Assembly: GCA_040954595.2 (NCBI GenBank)
Contig: CM082586.2
Span: 2,051,124 to 2,115,123, forward strand
Reading direction: 5' to 3'
From: Balanoglossus misakiensis
Lineage: Eukaryota > Animalia > Hemichordata
DNA: 64,000 nt
The notes beneath the pieces were generated by a model. The model ran no database searches, had not been told where the DNA came from, and saw nothing but the letters and a program-made list of their open reading frames with translations. A program made the position numbers and the translations under genes. Position 1 is the stretch's first letter. Each line of letters starts with the position of its first letter. Below are positions 41,301 to 53,500 of this stretch, one piece after another.

Positions 41301-44080
41301 ACATTCGGGAAGTAAATCGAGAAAAAATCATCAAAAGGAGAACAGCATGTTTCACAATATCACTTCCCTTCACACCTAAACATCAGACGGCAGCCCAATT
41401 TCCACCAAGATCAGACAGATGACCGCACAAATTTCGACAGTAACTCTGGATTCGTTCGTAACCATCTACACGATCAATGTCGTCGATATACCAACATTAA
41501 AAGAGATAGATTTGATTATGTTCACGATACCTTTCTTGCCCATGGCAGCCATGTTTATGCACCCGTTGGTAGGCAGTTTTCCAGTTTTGACGCCAAAGTC
41601 GCGATTCCCCACGCAGTTCGGTTTCAAGTTGTTCGACAAGCACGCAAGTGACATACTTATGTTTGAATGTCGCCCGTCTTCAACTGAACTTCTTGTTAAG
41701 TTCTTCTAAACTGCGACTTCTAGCTGTCTGACAATCCTTGCGACTGTACGAAACCTTCCCACACTCCAAAATAACTCTGATAACAGTTCCTCGTTTAATA
41801 TTCATAAGTTGGGGAAAGACTAGGGGAATCCCCGATCGATCCCTTACAATGACGTCATGCTTGGGTCGTGAACCGGATGTTCTTCTCCATGTCACGATTC
41901 CGATTTTTTATCGGGTGCTCTGTCGAAAATTTCCAGAGGAATGTGTCACCATATACGAGCAAGTGAGAAACATACTGGTCACTTTATAGACGAATTGTGG
42001 GTGTATGGGTGAACAAATACTGACGACGTGATATTGCCATAGAAACTGAGTAACCATATGAACGAGGCGCGTCAAGGGCTGGCTGGCCAATATCCACCGC
42101 TGGGTGCGCTGTGCTCAGTATCGCTCAGCCTAAACCATTGCGCTTTCCTGAATCTGGATACTTATTGTATTAATTCCAATGGACAAATAAATAATACATT
42201 CATATTTCTACAGATTCCACTAAGTGACTTTCATCGGGAAATAAACAGTATTATCGAAAATGCCCTTCAGTGCCCCGTCGATGACCTAAAGTTGTTTTTT
42301 AACGGTAAGGCTTCGACTTTTGTGTAAAATGAAAAGCTTAGCCTAGATCTCGCTTGCCAATGCTGGTGTAAAACCTTCTCATAAGTAGTGCGAGGGCGGG
42401 TACAGGAAGCTGGAAACGTGTGATAAGTTTCGACATCACGGAAATTGTAACGAAAATAAATTATACTGGTACGCTCTTAAAAAAAGCCGAACTTACAAAA
42501 ATATCGAGCGTGGGTGAATTCAATGCATACCAATAGGAAGCTTAGTATCCGATGTATTCTCTTGTTATCTAACAGTTTGTTTATAATTGTATACGAACGC
42601 ATACATGGAGTAAACATTCTGAACCATTGCACATACTTGCCCTTTCTTGCGCAGGTGACAGTCTAACTCTAGAATCCTACAGAAGATTCTTGAACATCGT
42701 GTCTGCTAACAGTGTGACCACCAATCAGAGCGGTTTAGTTGGACCAGCGAAATCTCTGAGTGACTTCATCCGTCTCCAGCTGAGACTCGGGCATCTGAGG
42801 GAGCCGCTTCTACGCACCAAGCGTCCTTCTGTCGACAGCCAGACACCGCCCACTCCTTTGCCGACACAAAGTGGTCCCAAAACAGATGTGGAGTTGGTAG
42901 AGCACCACCTGGACTGGACGTGGATAAAGCCACAACTTTTGAAGTGGTTTAAGGAAGTAGGTGTACAAGCCTGTCATGGCTATTTCCGCACTTTCATGTC
43001 TTACGGACAATCTACCGGATCCAAAGTAAAAGCTACTTCCCTATCGATGACCACACTCATCAATGAGAATACCCTCATTCAGGACTGTTCCTTTGTCAGA
43101 CTAATACATGTTCACTGAGTTGTGTTTAAACTGTTTCATTATTTCGTTTTAGGTTGATGAAGTTTACAGGTAAGCATATGGACATCAAAGTGTGTATAGT
43201 AACCATTGTGTACAAGTTGTTCATTACGGAAGGAAAGTCATTATCATATTATCAATTTCAATGACTGGATAGAAGACCTGTAAAATGTATGAAAGGAAAA
43301 GTACAAAAGGGGACACACTCTTGTAGAAATTTGTAAGATATGCATTACATAAAGTATACTTTATATATTTGTGTGTGATAGTGTCTGTCTGTCTGTCTAC
43401 TACCTGCCTGCCTGTCTCTCTCTCTCCCCCTCTCTGTGTGGTCGTGTATGTCTTCTAACAGTCCACGTATTCCTTTCGTTTTTCTACTCCAGATTCTTCT
43501 ATGGATCGATTTCTTCCCAAGAAGCGCTTCGCCTTCTTGACGGGAAGGAGCCCGGCACATTCCTCCTCCGTTTCAGTTCCGACAACCCGGACCGCCTGTG
43601 CGTATCCTCCGTTCATTCTGTGCCGAAGAAAGACAGGGGCGGCTGGAAAGAAATGGTCATGAGAATTAACGTGGTTGTTCACCATGAGTTAGTCATGACA
43701 CGTAAGTGCAAGTAAACTGACCTATGACCCTTTACCAGTACAGGCCTATGAGCTTTACCATTAACTTTTACAAGAACTCCACAGTTTTGTAGTCAATACA
43801 ATATGTACTGAATTACAAAAGTTACTCTTCTGTTTTAGATAAAACGTGACATGTGACTGAGCAAAGATTGACGGAGAAGGACAGGGTCTGATAACCTTGC
43901 CCTTTCTAACGTATAAGCTCATGATTATCACAACAAGCTTCCCTGTTGTGTAACTATAATTTCTATTTCATTACTCCCTGGCGATGCACGCAGGTTTTCA
44001 ATTTTTTATCAGACACCATAAAGGCGGAAGCAGATAAGCTCAACTCATTCATTTGGTCGGGTTCTCTCGGTGGATTTTGA
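32350..44080 (+). CDS. Helical N-terminus + EF-hand-like (Cbl TKB/SHK-type) + STAT-type SH2 protein
   Basis: In-phase exons 32350-32560, 32851-33011, 33448-33517, 33646-33686, 42214-42304, 42655-42956, 43153-43169, 43493-43701. SH2 motif FFYGSISSQEALRLLDGKEPGTFLLRFSS. 3' end uncertain, and linkage across the 8.5 kb intron is inferred. Confidence 0.65.
35601..41552 (-). CDS. IkB-family ankyrin protein with long S/P/Q-rich N-terminus (IkB-zeta/Bcl-3-like nuclear IkB)
   Basis: Ankyrin repeats KDEDGDT|SLHIA, DNHGQ|TPLHIA, DSEG|LTPLHVA, DGKAGKTALHYA, FNGNTALHL. Putative first exon MAAMGKK|G (41552-41531), 2.46 kb exon 39753-37292, stop at 35601. Confidence 0.85.
40084..40172. mobile_element. Third, more diverged copy of piggyBac-type MITE
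   Basis: cccttttgccaccatggttcggtccaaatccattgttttctatg... matches the other copies. Confidence 0.7.
41823..41880. promoter_or_regulatory. NF-kB site, CRE and ETS-like motif upstream of the IkB-like gene
   Basis: GGGGAATCCCC (41823-41833), TGACGTCA (41850-41857), ACCGGATGT (41872-41880). Confidence 0.65.
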
Positions 44081-44257
44081 AGTATATCATGAATAACAGT
44101 CATTAACACCTGAACTAATGTAACCTGATATTTCCAACTTTTGATATCATTGTTTGATTGCTTTGTTCTGCTCACTGAAACATGCAAAATGGCATGGACA
44201 GTTGTTGACAAGATAGACTTTGCACAAGTATTGACCTTGGGTCATTCTCCTAAAATA

Positions 44258-45870
44258 ATGTTGCAGCTGTTGTGTGTTGTGTTAATTGTCACTTTGTCAC
44301 CAGTGCACTGCTGCACCGGTGAGTAATTAGAGCCTTTAAATAAACCGACGTAGTCAGTTGATGAAGTGCCCAGTGCCCTGTGCGCGGTTTTACTAAAATA
44401 TATGTCAAATATGTCAAATCTTATCCGCATCGTCCTGGATGACAAATCCATGATGAATGATATTATAGAACGAAAATAACGTCTGTGGCGCATTTATTTA
44501 AGGCTACTCAAGTCAAATACATGTAATAGACAAATCTGTCTTGTAAAGAGTTTAAAGCTTCATTAGCTGAAGCTTTTCGCTATATTTGTTTTGTGTGTCT
44601 ACTGCAGTTTCTTGTTCAAATCCCTAAAGCATGATGAAATTCCCAGCATTTAGCTTATCAGCAACATATATGTGTATAATCAACAATGTTATTGTGCAGA
44701 ATTTGAATTCAAAGTCCGGACAAGAATACATTTTGTCAACAATAAAAATGGCCGATGCACACATATAGGCTATGTTGACAAGTGGAGTACTGGGTATGTT
44801 AGCATGCTGTTTGGAGTAGAGAAAGAAATTACATTTGATACACAGAACAAAAATACTGCAAATAAAGCCAAAAGTTACAGCTAATGTCCCTTTAATACCG
44901 CGTCCAAGTTTTCCTGCTCTGTGTATGCATTGGCAGCTGCCGAACGATACAAGGCTGCACACAGGGACATATTCTGTCTTGTCTTCATGTGCGGCTTCGT
45001 TAGCGTTACCACAGCTGGGGATACGTAATTAATCAAGTGTATTTACCTGACAGATTACATTTGACGATTAGTCAAGCTAGATATGTCAATGAATACTGGC
45101 CAGGGACGCTATGACAGGAATAATACATCTCCATCAAAGTCTATATATACTTACATATGTCAACATCGGATCATAATTTCATTTAATTTATTGTCCAGAT
45201 GATTTAGCCTAGATATTAAAGGGTCATTTTGCCGTTCCTTTGACCTATTTCGAATACCATAGTGTTTCCCCTGCACAGTTTAAACACGTAAACCTGACTG
45301 TAGCTTGTTGTTTGCTCGCAGGCACATATGAACACGTGGTCCATGCAGACGTCAACGGTAGATTTCAAGGTCTACTTCATCGCAGTGCTGTTACCAGGAA
45401 ACAAGGTACACTAACACCACATTGCTGTAAAATGACTTGTCTGTCTGTCTGTCTGTCTGTGGTTCTGCTGCCCTCAAGGCATTCTTCTGTTCCAAAAACA
45501 ACTCTTTGCTGTGGCTGGTCTTCTCCGGCAGGAAGTGTAGCGCCCGCAACGAAGAGTCTGGGTCGCTGAGACTTATTTAATAGCTGCAGTGACTTTCTGT
45601 GTCCATCTTGGCTTCTGTTCTGTCATTCTACAGATTTGGGGATGTGACGTAGCTGTGACGACACTTGGTTATTTTCACGACCTCTATATGACCTTACATC
45701 CTCCTATTTACTTTGTTATACATCCAATATTTCCCTTTCTTTCACCAGCTTATAATGAATTGAAACAGATACTTGAACATTGTGAAGAAGTAGACAGAGA
45801 CCTTTCTTGGCTGTATGACGGTTTCTACGGAGATAAGACGCATGGACCTGGTCTTTTACAGACTGCTTAG
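44258..45870 (+). CDS. Possible small secreted protein (or distal exons of the SH2 gene)
   Basis: Signal-like exon MLQLLCVVLIVTLSPVHCCT|gtgagt is phase-compatible with exons ~45322-45405 and ~45749-45870. Confidence 0.3.
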
Positions 45871-47536
45871 ACTTTGCTTAATTAATTTCACTTTATTGGG
45901 ATGATTTGTCAGTTTCTTCGGGCACTGAGTGAAATTAAGGAAGTTTTTGATATTTAAATATGAATTAAGCGGATGACAGGTGGTTTTCCCATTGTAGTAT
46001 TACGGTAGGTGTCAATTTGAAAGTTTTGGTCAAACAACTGTACATTCAGCCTCCAGAACAACACTGTTTTGAAAACTAAAACAGTCCGCACGAACGGAGA
46101 GAATGCTAACTTGTTGTGTACCAAAAACCAGGCGGGTTGATCTATTCATACGGTCGAATATAAGTGTGTGAATATCGATCGACACCATCATGTGCGGTAA
46201 ATACATAAATGAGTCTGACAGACTGTTTCTGGACTATGTTTTTTTTAAATTGTTGCATTTCCCCTGCAATAAATTTCTTGGAATAGGTTTTCAAAATAAA
46301 ACACGATAAAATAAACCACATACTGTGTGCCTTTTTGGTGGTTGAAATGTGTGTTAGAAATATTACAATTTTGTGATGGATATTTGCCTTGTTTTCATTA
46401 CCAGATGTCAATTTTAGTGCCGGGGGCACAGTTCGCTTTTAAAAGTCTTTTATTGACGTTTTTTTTAATGTCAAGCCTATTTTTAACGGATTTAAAAAAG
46501 GCTTTCGGAAAAAGAGAGAGACACTCCTTAGGCCTTTAGCGTTGTCAAAAGTAATAATGTTCGGCTCACGGAAGAGTTGTACTAATGAGATGTCTAATGG
46601 ATATAGCAGTTAATTTCCAGTGCTCCAAGATTAATGTACAACAATTAAACATCTAAATGCAGATAGATTGGGTTGGAGACTACAAATACAGGACATGAAG
46701 ACAGTTGTGGCTAATGACATGATATATTTTGCTCTTTACGGCCACCTGCTCATGATATTTCTGGACAGCAGCGAGCGGAGTGAAAGGGTACATTCACAAT
46801 ATAATTAACAAAGATTACGATATGTGTTCATAAAATTGGGAAAAGGGTTTTAACTTTATCACCAAGAAATTAGCTGACTTTATTAGATCGGTATGGGTCC
46901 CATGCGACACAATTGCTAGCAAGCCAAGGTAAGCGCATTGTGAAAACGGATATGGAAAGTTCGATATGCTAATGGTGTATTACATTCTGTTGGTGTTCAG
47001 AAGTTTCTAAGAAAACCTGTGTCTACAATAAATTCATGAGTCTGATTCGTTCAGCAATCAAATGACAAAATTTGTGATTAAATATGTATCCGAGCGATTG
47101 ATTGGATCATTTCCAATAGGTTAATACGGTACGAACGACGACGAGATTAGATCCATTTTAGCGCATGTCATTACCGTAACACATGGGAACACGCCATGAA
47201 TATTCAACGCATCGTCTGCCGCTGATGAGCAGTAGCATATAGCATGCTGTCAGATAGCGACTCGGCGCAGACAAGCTCTGGTCGGTATTGGTTAGTGTGT
47301 CGCCGCTGCTGCGACCGGTCCCGTAATTCCACGGGCATAGGTTGCCTGTCACGCTTTTAGCGTGACCACGCAAGCGTTTGCCGCAAGGTGTATTATATAA
47401 GTGTAAGTTCCCATACCTTTTCTCCCGTCCAGACCTCGGGTCCAGCTCCATCTTCACTGGTGCACGTGACGACAACGTGACTATACTACTGACACCAGTT
47501 GATACCAGCGCTCTCTTTCTTTTTAGAACAAACAGT

Positions 47537-50500
47537 ATGGACACCGTTATGCTGATTGCTGTTGTTACGTTGTCGTTGGCTTTTACGAGCAAACAATGGT
47601 GAGTGAATTTTTTTTTGCGCAACAGTTTTATTACCCATGATGATCACAATATCATAAATAGCCAGTGAGGGTTTACGCAGCTGAATACAGGTAATATATG
47701 TCTGCGTATTTTTGGAGACGCTCTCTGTAAGTCGCATCCGCGAGAACCGTCAGATGAAGTTGAAACAAATGCCTTTCTCTCGTATAGGTCTATGAGGTTA
47801 ATTGTGAATTACCTTTTTCATTTCTTAAATTAATCATTAAGAGTTTATGTTGTCAGTAATCAAGACAGGTGGTATATTCGCGATAAACGGGGAAAAATGA
47901 GGAAATATAGACGTTTCGTTCGTACATGACGGTGGTGATAAATGTACCCCATAACACTGGTGTGTTTAATTGTCGGGTTCATTACTTCATTACTTTATGA
48001 ACTATAACTTGACCACCATTTGTTAAACATCCGTTTATTTATAGCGTGTGTAATCATTCTGATTGCGTGTGAAATTACAATCAATAGTTTAGCTGATCGA
48101 TCTATCACAGGCTAGAGAGAGTCAGGCACAGAAGAGATGTGTTTACAGATTCACCCGAGGCAGTCTAAATATACACAAGTCAGTCCCTTAATTTGTACAT
48201 CATTCGACATTTTATTCATTTGTGAAGCTGACATGCCTGGGCGTTTGTCAATGTGTTAGTACCTGTAGATTCTTGTCTTTGTTTTATATTACTAAACAAA
48301 GAGCAGTCGAGACATGTTTGCGAGTCGACCCTGTCGAATGTAGAACATTCTCAAGCGCAGTGTGTGGACGTATGTGTCCCTTTAAAAAACTTCAATATAA
48401 ATGTAGATTGCAGTCTGCAGATATTTGTATCTTCTCAGACGGCCAAAGAAATTTCTCAAATGAATTTATTGTTTGGGGAACGTACGTACAAACTGTGTCA
48501 CTTTCTTTGTTTTTCATCACGTGTACAGTCACTGCCTTACCGATGATAGCCACTTGGCGGACGATGAAATCATCTCCAGAATTATGGGCAACTTTGAAAT
48601 CGGCGCTCTGAGACCGAACTCACGCGGTAAGTATATGCCAAGCGGTACTTCTAAAAGATTATGTAATACGCGTGATCAGTAAATGGTTAACAGTTTCCAG
48701 TGCTCTAAAAAATCTGACATGAAAAAATAAATAGTGAGGATTTAGGTTAGTGATATAGGTTAGTGATATGGCAAATGTAAAAAAGGAAAAAAAAGCAGTA
48801 GGCAAATGCCGGTTAATTTGCTACAAAAGTCGTAACAAAATCTTGAGGTTGAAAACTACAAAACACACGCTCTAAGGAATTTTTGATTTTTCTGTATATT
48901 TTCGAATTTTCTAAAACGTAAAATGTACTGGTATATAATTTATTAGAGTCTAGTACAGTGAACTCGGTCGTGTATACAGTATAGTAAATATACATTATTT
49001 ATACACAGGCCACGCAAATGTATTTTCGCAAACCTTCTAAATATAAAGTTTTACCCGATTTTGCGAGGACGCTGCACGGTTTCTGGTTAAAATTCGCGCA
49101 TTGACAAGTCTGTCCTTTGACATTGTGTCTACGGTTTCCCTTAGCTTGTCCTATCGATTTTATATGATGCTATACCTTCTTTTCAACGAACTGGATTGCA
49201 CCGTAATCTCACGCCTTCAGAAACGCAAAACGAAAGGCGTTATACCAAGCATATTGAGCAAACTATTCATCCACGCTTATGTAAAAAACGGCCAAGGTCA
49301 ACGCAATATTTGTAGCATTCTTAGAAAAATCGCCCGTATGGAATTGGTTATGCCGACCACAAGTGATTGACACAGGCCAATGTGGCATGCATTGTTGTGG
49401 GCAACACTGGCATGGTATGATATGCACGATGTGACCTCGACCGCGCGCCGCGCATGAATACGAAAACAGGCAGGCATCGGTGATGCAACTATGGTTCTTC
49501 TTTCGCTATTGTTTTGACGGGTCAGCGTAACTCCATGCGTCGACTACGGCGTGAGAAGTCGCGGGACTAAAATAAACCCACCGAAAACACAAGCCCTGTG
49601 CAGCTAAATATGAGAAATGGGTTTAGCAGATGTCCAGATTGCAAAGAGCAGCTTGCTTTCAAAATGCAACATTTAGTGTAATAAAATAGAGCTAATTTTA
49701 GGAAAGAAAAATGGCTTCTCTATGGTTTAGGCCTATATTTACTCACTGTTATAATGTATATTGACCACTGTCATTTCGGCTAATACTAATTGTCAAAATC
49801 GAAAATCAATTTGTTTATGTCCTTCTCCTACACCCAAGTGTATTCTTCAGATTAACTTTATAGTTGTTACAGCCGTTGTATACTTAAGACAACTGACTCT
49901 TGTTCGTTTGATTGAAGGTCCACCCATAAACGTCATCTGCGATATTTTTGTCAATAGTGTCCATTCGATCAAAGAAGACGACATGGTAAGTGATCAAACA
50001 GTATGGACACCGTTATGCTGATTGCTGTTGTTACGTTGTCGTTGGCTTTTAATCATTTTAATGGTTCGTAATAATTCATTAGCGAAATACATTTGCCCTA
50101 GCTATGGAAATAACTATATGGATAAATCACGCATGTGCAGTTAAGACGACCATTCCCCTTTAAGGTGTTTATTTCCTCTTCAACCCAGGAATTCTCGACT
50201 GCATTCTATCTCAACATGCGGTGGCTTGATGAGCGTCTAAAGCATAATGGCACCAGCTCCATCATTCTGAACTCGCCTGAATTCATCGACGTGGTCTGGA
50301 GGCCGGATGTGTACTTCCACAACGAGAAGCGAGGAACATTCCATAAAGTGACGACAGACAACAGAGCCCTGGAACTCGGTTCTGATGGGCAAATTTACTA
50401 CAGTATGAGGTAACGTGTAACATTTTATAACGTATATCCCATGAAGCATTGCTCAGTCAGTCAGTCAGGCAGGCAGGCAGTCACTCACTCACTCACTCAC

Positions 50501-53500
50501 TCACTCACTCACTCACTCACTCACTCACTCACTCTCTCTCTGTTTTCTCTGGGAATGAATCACCAAAAACTATTATGTATTTTCAAGGCTTATAAAATTC
50601 CTGACAAATGGTATTTTAATGATATCCTAAAAACGTGATGAATATTCCATTCTTCGGGCTATAAACGAATCTCAGTTATTATTTTATAATGATTTTTTGA
50701 AATATCATTATATCGTCACCAGTCATTACATTTAATTATATTATACTATTGAAAATATACTGAAGGTATTCTCCCGACCAGTTATGCCGAGTCTGAAAAT
50801 AAATTGTCTGGGAGTAACATTGTCAATAACAGTTTCCCTTGGGTCGACAAAACTAAATACACAGAGTTGGTGGTTTGTGTAACTTTAATTATAAATGGTG
50901 TTAGTTCAGGTGTGTTAGACATGATCATGGCCTAGAAGTGACAACAACAGTTTCTCAAGAATTGTCGCTTGTCTCCCTATATAATAGCAATCTGACTAAT
51001 GGCATGAATATTTCAGTTGGTCAGGTGGCCTTGGAAGTAGCCAAATTGAAACAGATTTACTTTATTGATCCAGAAGGAAGCCTTGTCTGAAATTAAAACA
51101 GAGACTCTTTACACGAAAATGGATAGATTGGTTTATTTGCATTTTGAGGACTCCTGCCCATATACATAGTCTGAAATATACCAGGGATACAGAAAAACAA
51201 AAGCGGGGACGAAGACTGGACCTTGTGGACATGGTTTATTTTTTAACAAGTTGACGCATTCATGAGTCGTGTACTAATGACTATTATTGTACGCTGTCCT
51301 TGTGACTAAATGGAAACAATCTTGCCAGGAATGTCGAAATTCCAACAAGGTCACCAAACCTGAAACGATAACAATCTCATAGAAATCTCATTGCACCGTG
51401 TGGTAATATAGGCTGTAATTTACAAAATAATCTACTTTGCACACGGCTTTTTCTTACAATTGTAAACACTTTCACCACAATGTACGTGTCCTCAGATAAC
51501 CATTCTTAAAAGGGTAATTATTTTTATCACGCTGGAAGATCTCCTTGAAAAAGACAAACAATACGCACACCTACACTCAATAGATGATTTTCCGCTTATT
51601 GCGAGATCTCGCGAGACTGGGTCAATTAGTGTGGCAATCGTTTGCCAGCCAAAAACTACTCAAGTCAAGTTTTGTATGAAACTAGAAGAGATGTAGAGTT
51701 AAGCAAATATAGTAACTTCTGTGGCGTTAAACACGGTTGACCATGTGTTATTTGACATATGTCACACGAGAACGGCCTCCCAAATAAACTGCTTAGCCAA
51801 GAGAGATCTCGTGGAGTTCGGAACATGGTCTGTTTTTAGCGCCTGGCGTCTTGGTTTAGTTATGCTACGTTGTGTCGGAGAATGGGTTTTATTACCATGC
51901 CTAATAACGACCGGTAAAATAGTGGAGCAGTGATAGGGACATATGAGTGATAGCAACGGGTATGTATCGCTAAACACAAAAATAAAAATAACTCCACGTA
52001 CGTACAAAAAACATCTCCACAAATAACTCAGTTGAGTTTTTTTTCAGTAAAATATTGGTGATAAGAATAGACTGAACAGGAAAAGAGCGGGTCGAGCATG
52101 ATGACGACGACCACAAAACCCTTTTCCGTGCCCCTTGGACAGGTGGACATACTGAATACCCTAAAGGCGAATGCACAGGTGCAATTGAACGAATTCATGT
52201 CCCTGTTGTATTAACCATGATAATATAAACAACCTCTCGCCATCTATTTCTCGTTTCTTCGCAGACTGAACATGGCACTTTCATGCCCCATGAAACTGAA
52301 AGCCTTCCCTATGGACACACACTCATGTAACATGGTCTTGATGAGTTGTAAGTGCGATTGGCTTTGATTTTATATTTGCATGGCATGTTGATGTATATAC
52401 CTCTTATAGGCCTACCATGTGCAAAATTGGATAAATACCACTCCGGTTAATTGCAATGTCCGGTTGGACCCATCTGCCCAATGCTTTTTGCATCGACAAA
52501 TTCACACCGTTTAATGACCTTTGCAGTTGTTTTCCGATCAACTGGACTATAGTAATTATTGTCACCTTGTCGCGATTGTTCGGCTGTGAACAGAATCCTG
52601 TCATAAAAGTTGGTTCACTGCCCACATAGATTTATCGTGATCGGATGCACGTTCTAGTAGATTGTAAATCTGGTGCGTGTTTTGCGTGTTAATGGCCACT
52701 TTGCAGTTTTAGATCTCCCTTGATGACACTTTCAGTTGATTGTTGTGAAAGCAGCAGATGAAGGTTAAATGAAAGGGGTCGTCGCGCCGCGTGGGTGTCC
52801 CCCTTGATGAGAACATGTCCTCCCATAAGACTGGGGAATGTCCACTGCACGACGTTTCAACTGTCACATTAGGTATCTGCACCGTAAAATGTAATGTCGG
52901 GCGTGGTTCTTCCAAGGCATTTGATGAGCATAAGTCCCTATTCCGTGCATGGTGCCGGTTCAGTTTATTTTTTGCATTGCCAGACCGGCGTCGTATACTA
53001 TTAATGTTTTGAACCATTTTCAGATGCCTATGATTCTAGCGACTTGCTGCTTCACTGGAAGAATGGTGTCGCTGTAATGGTGAATTCGGCGAACGAAATG
53101 CCTCAGTTCACTCTAGGGCGATACGAATATAAAAGAGGGTTTGAAGATCACTTAGGTGTGTTGTGTTGTGTTGTGTTGTGTTGTGTTGTGTTGTGTTGTG
53201 TTGTGTTGTGTTGTGTTGTGTTGTGTTGTGTTGTGTTGTGTTGTGTTGTGTTGTGTTGTGTTGTGTTGTGTTGTGTTGTGTTGTGTTGTGTTGTGTTGTG
53301 TTGTGTTCGCCTGTCTAGACTTCAAACAAACAATCGTTTTATTCACCTAGTCTGTAATTTAACTTTAGTCCAGTATTTCTCTTTGTAGCATGTTTGGGTT
53401 GGCCTGTGGTTGAAGGATGATATAAATCTTCAGAAACTCTACGCTGGAATGAACGTTCTCTTGCTCTATCTTGTTTCAGGAAAACGGAAATCTTTTTTGG

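Noticed and set aside
53044-53388. VLCCV / NTTQH repeat ORFs
   Set aside because: Translations of the (GTGTT)n microsatellite
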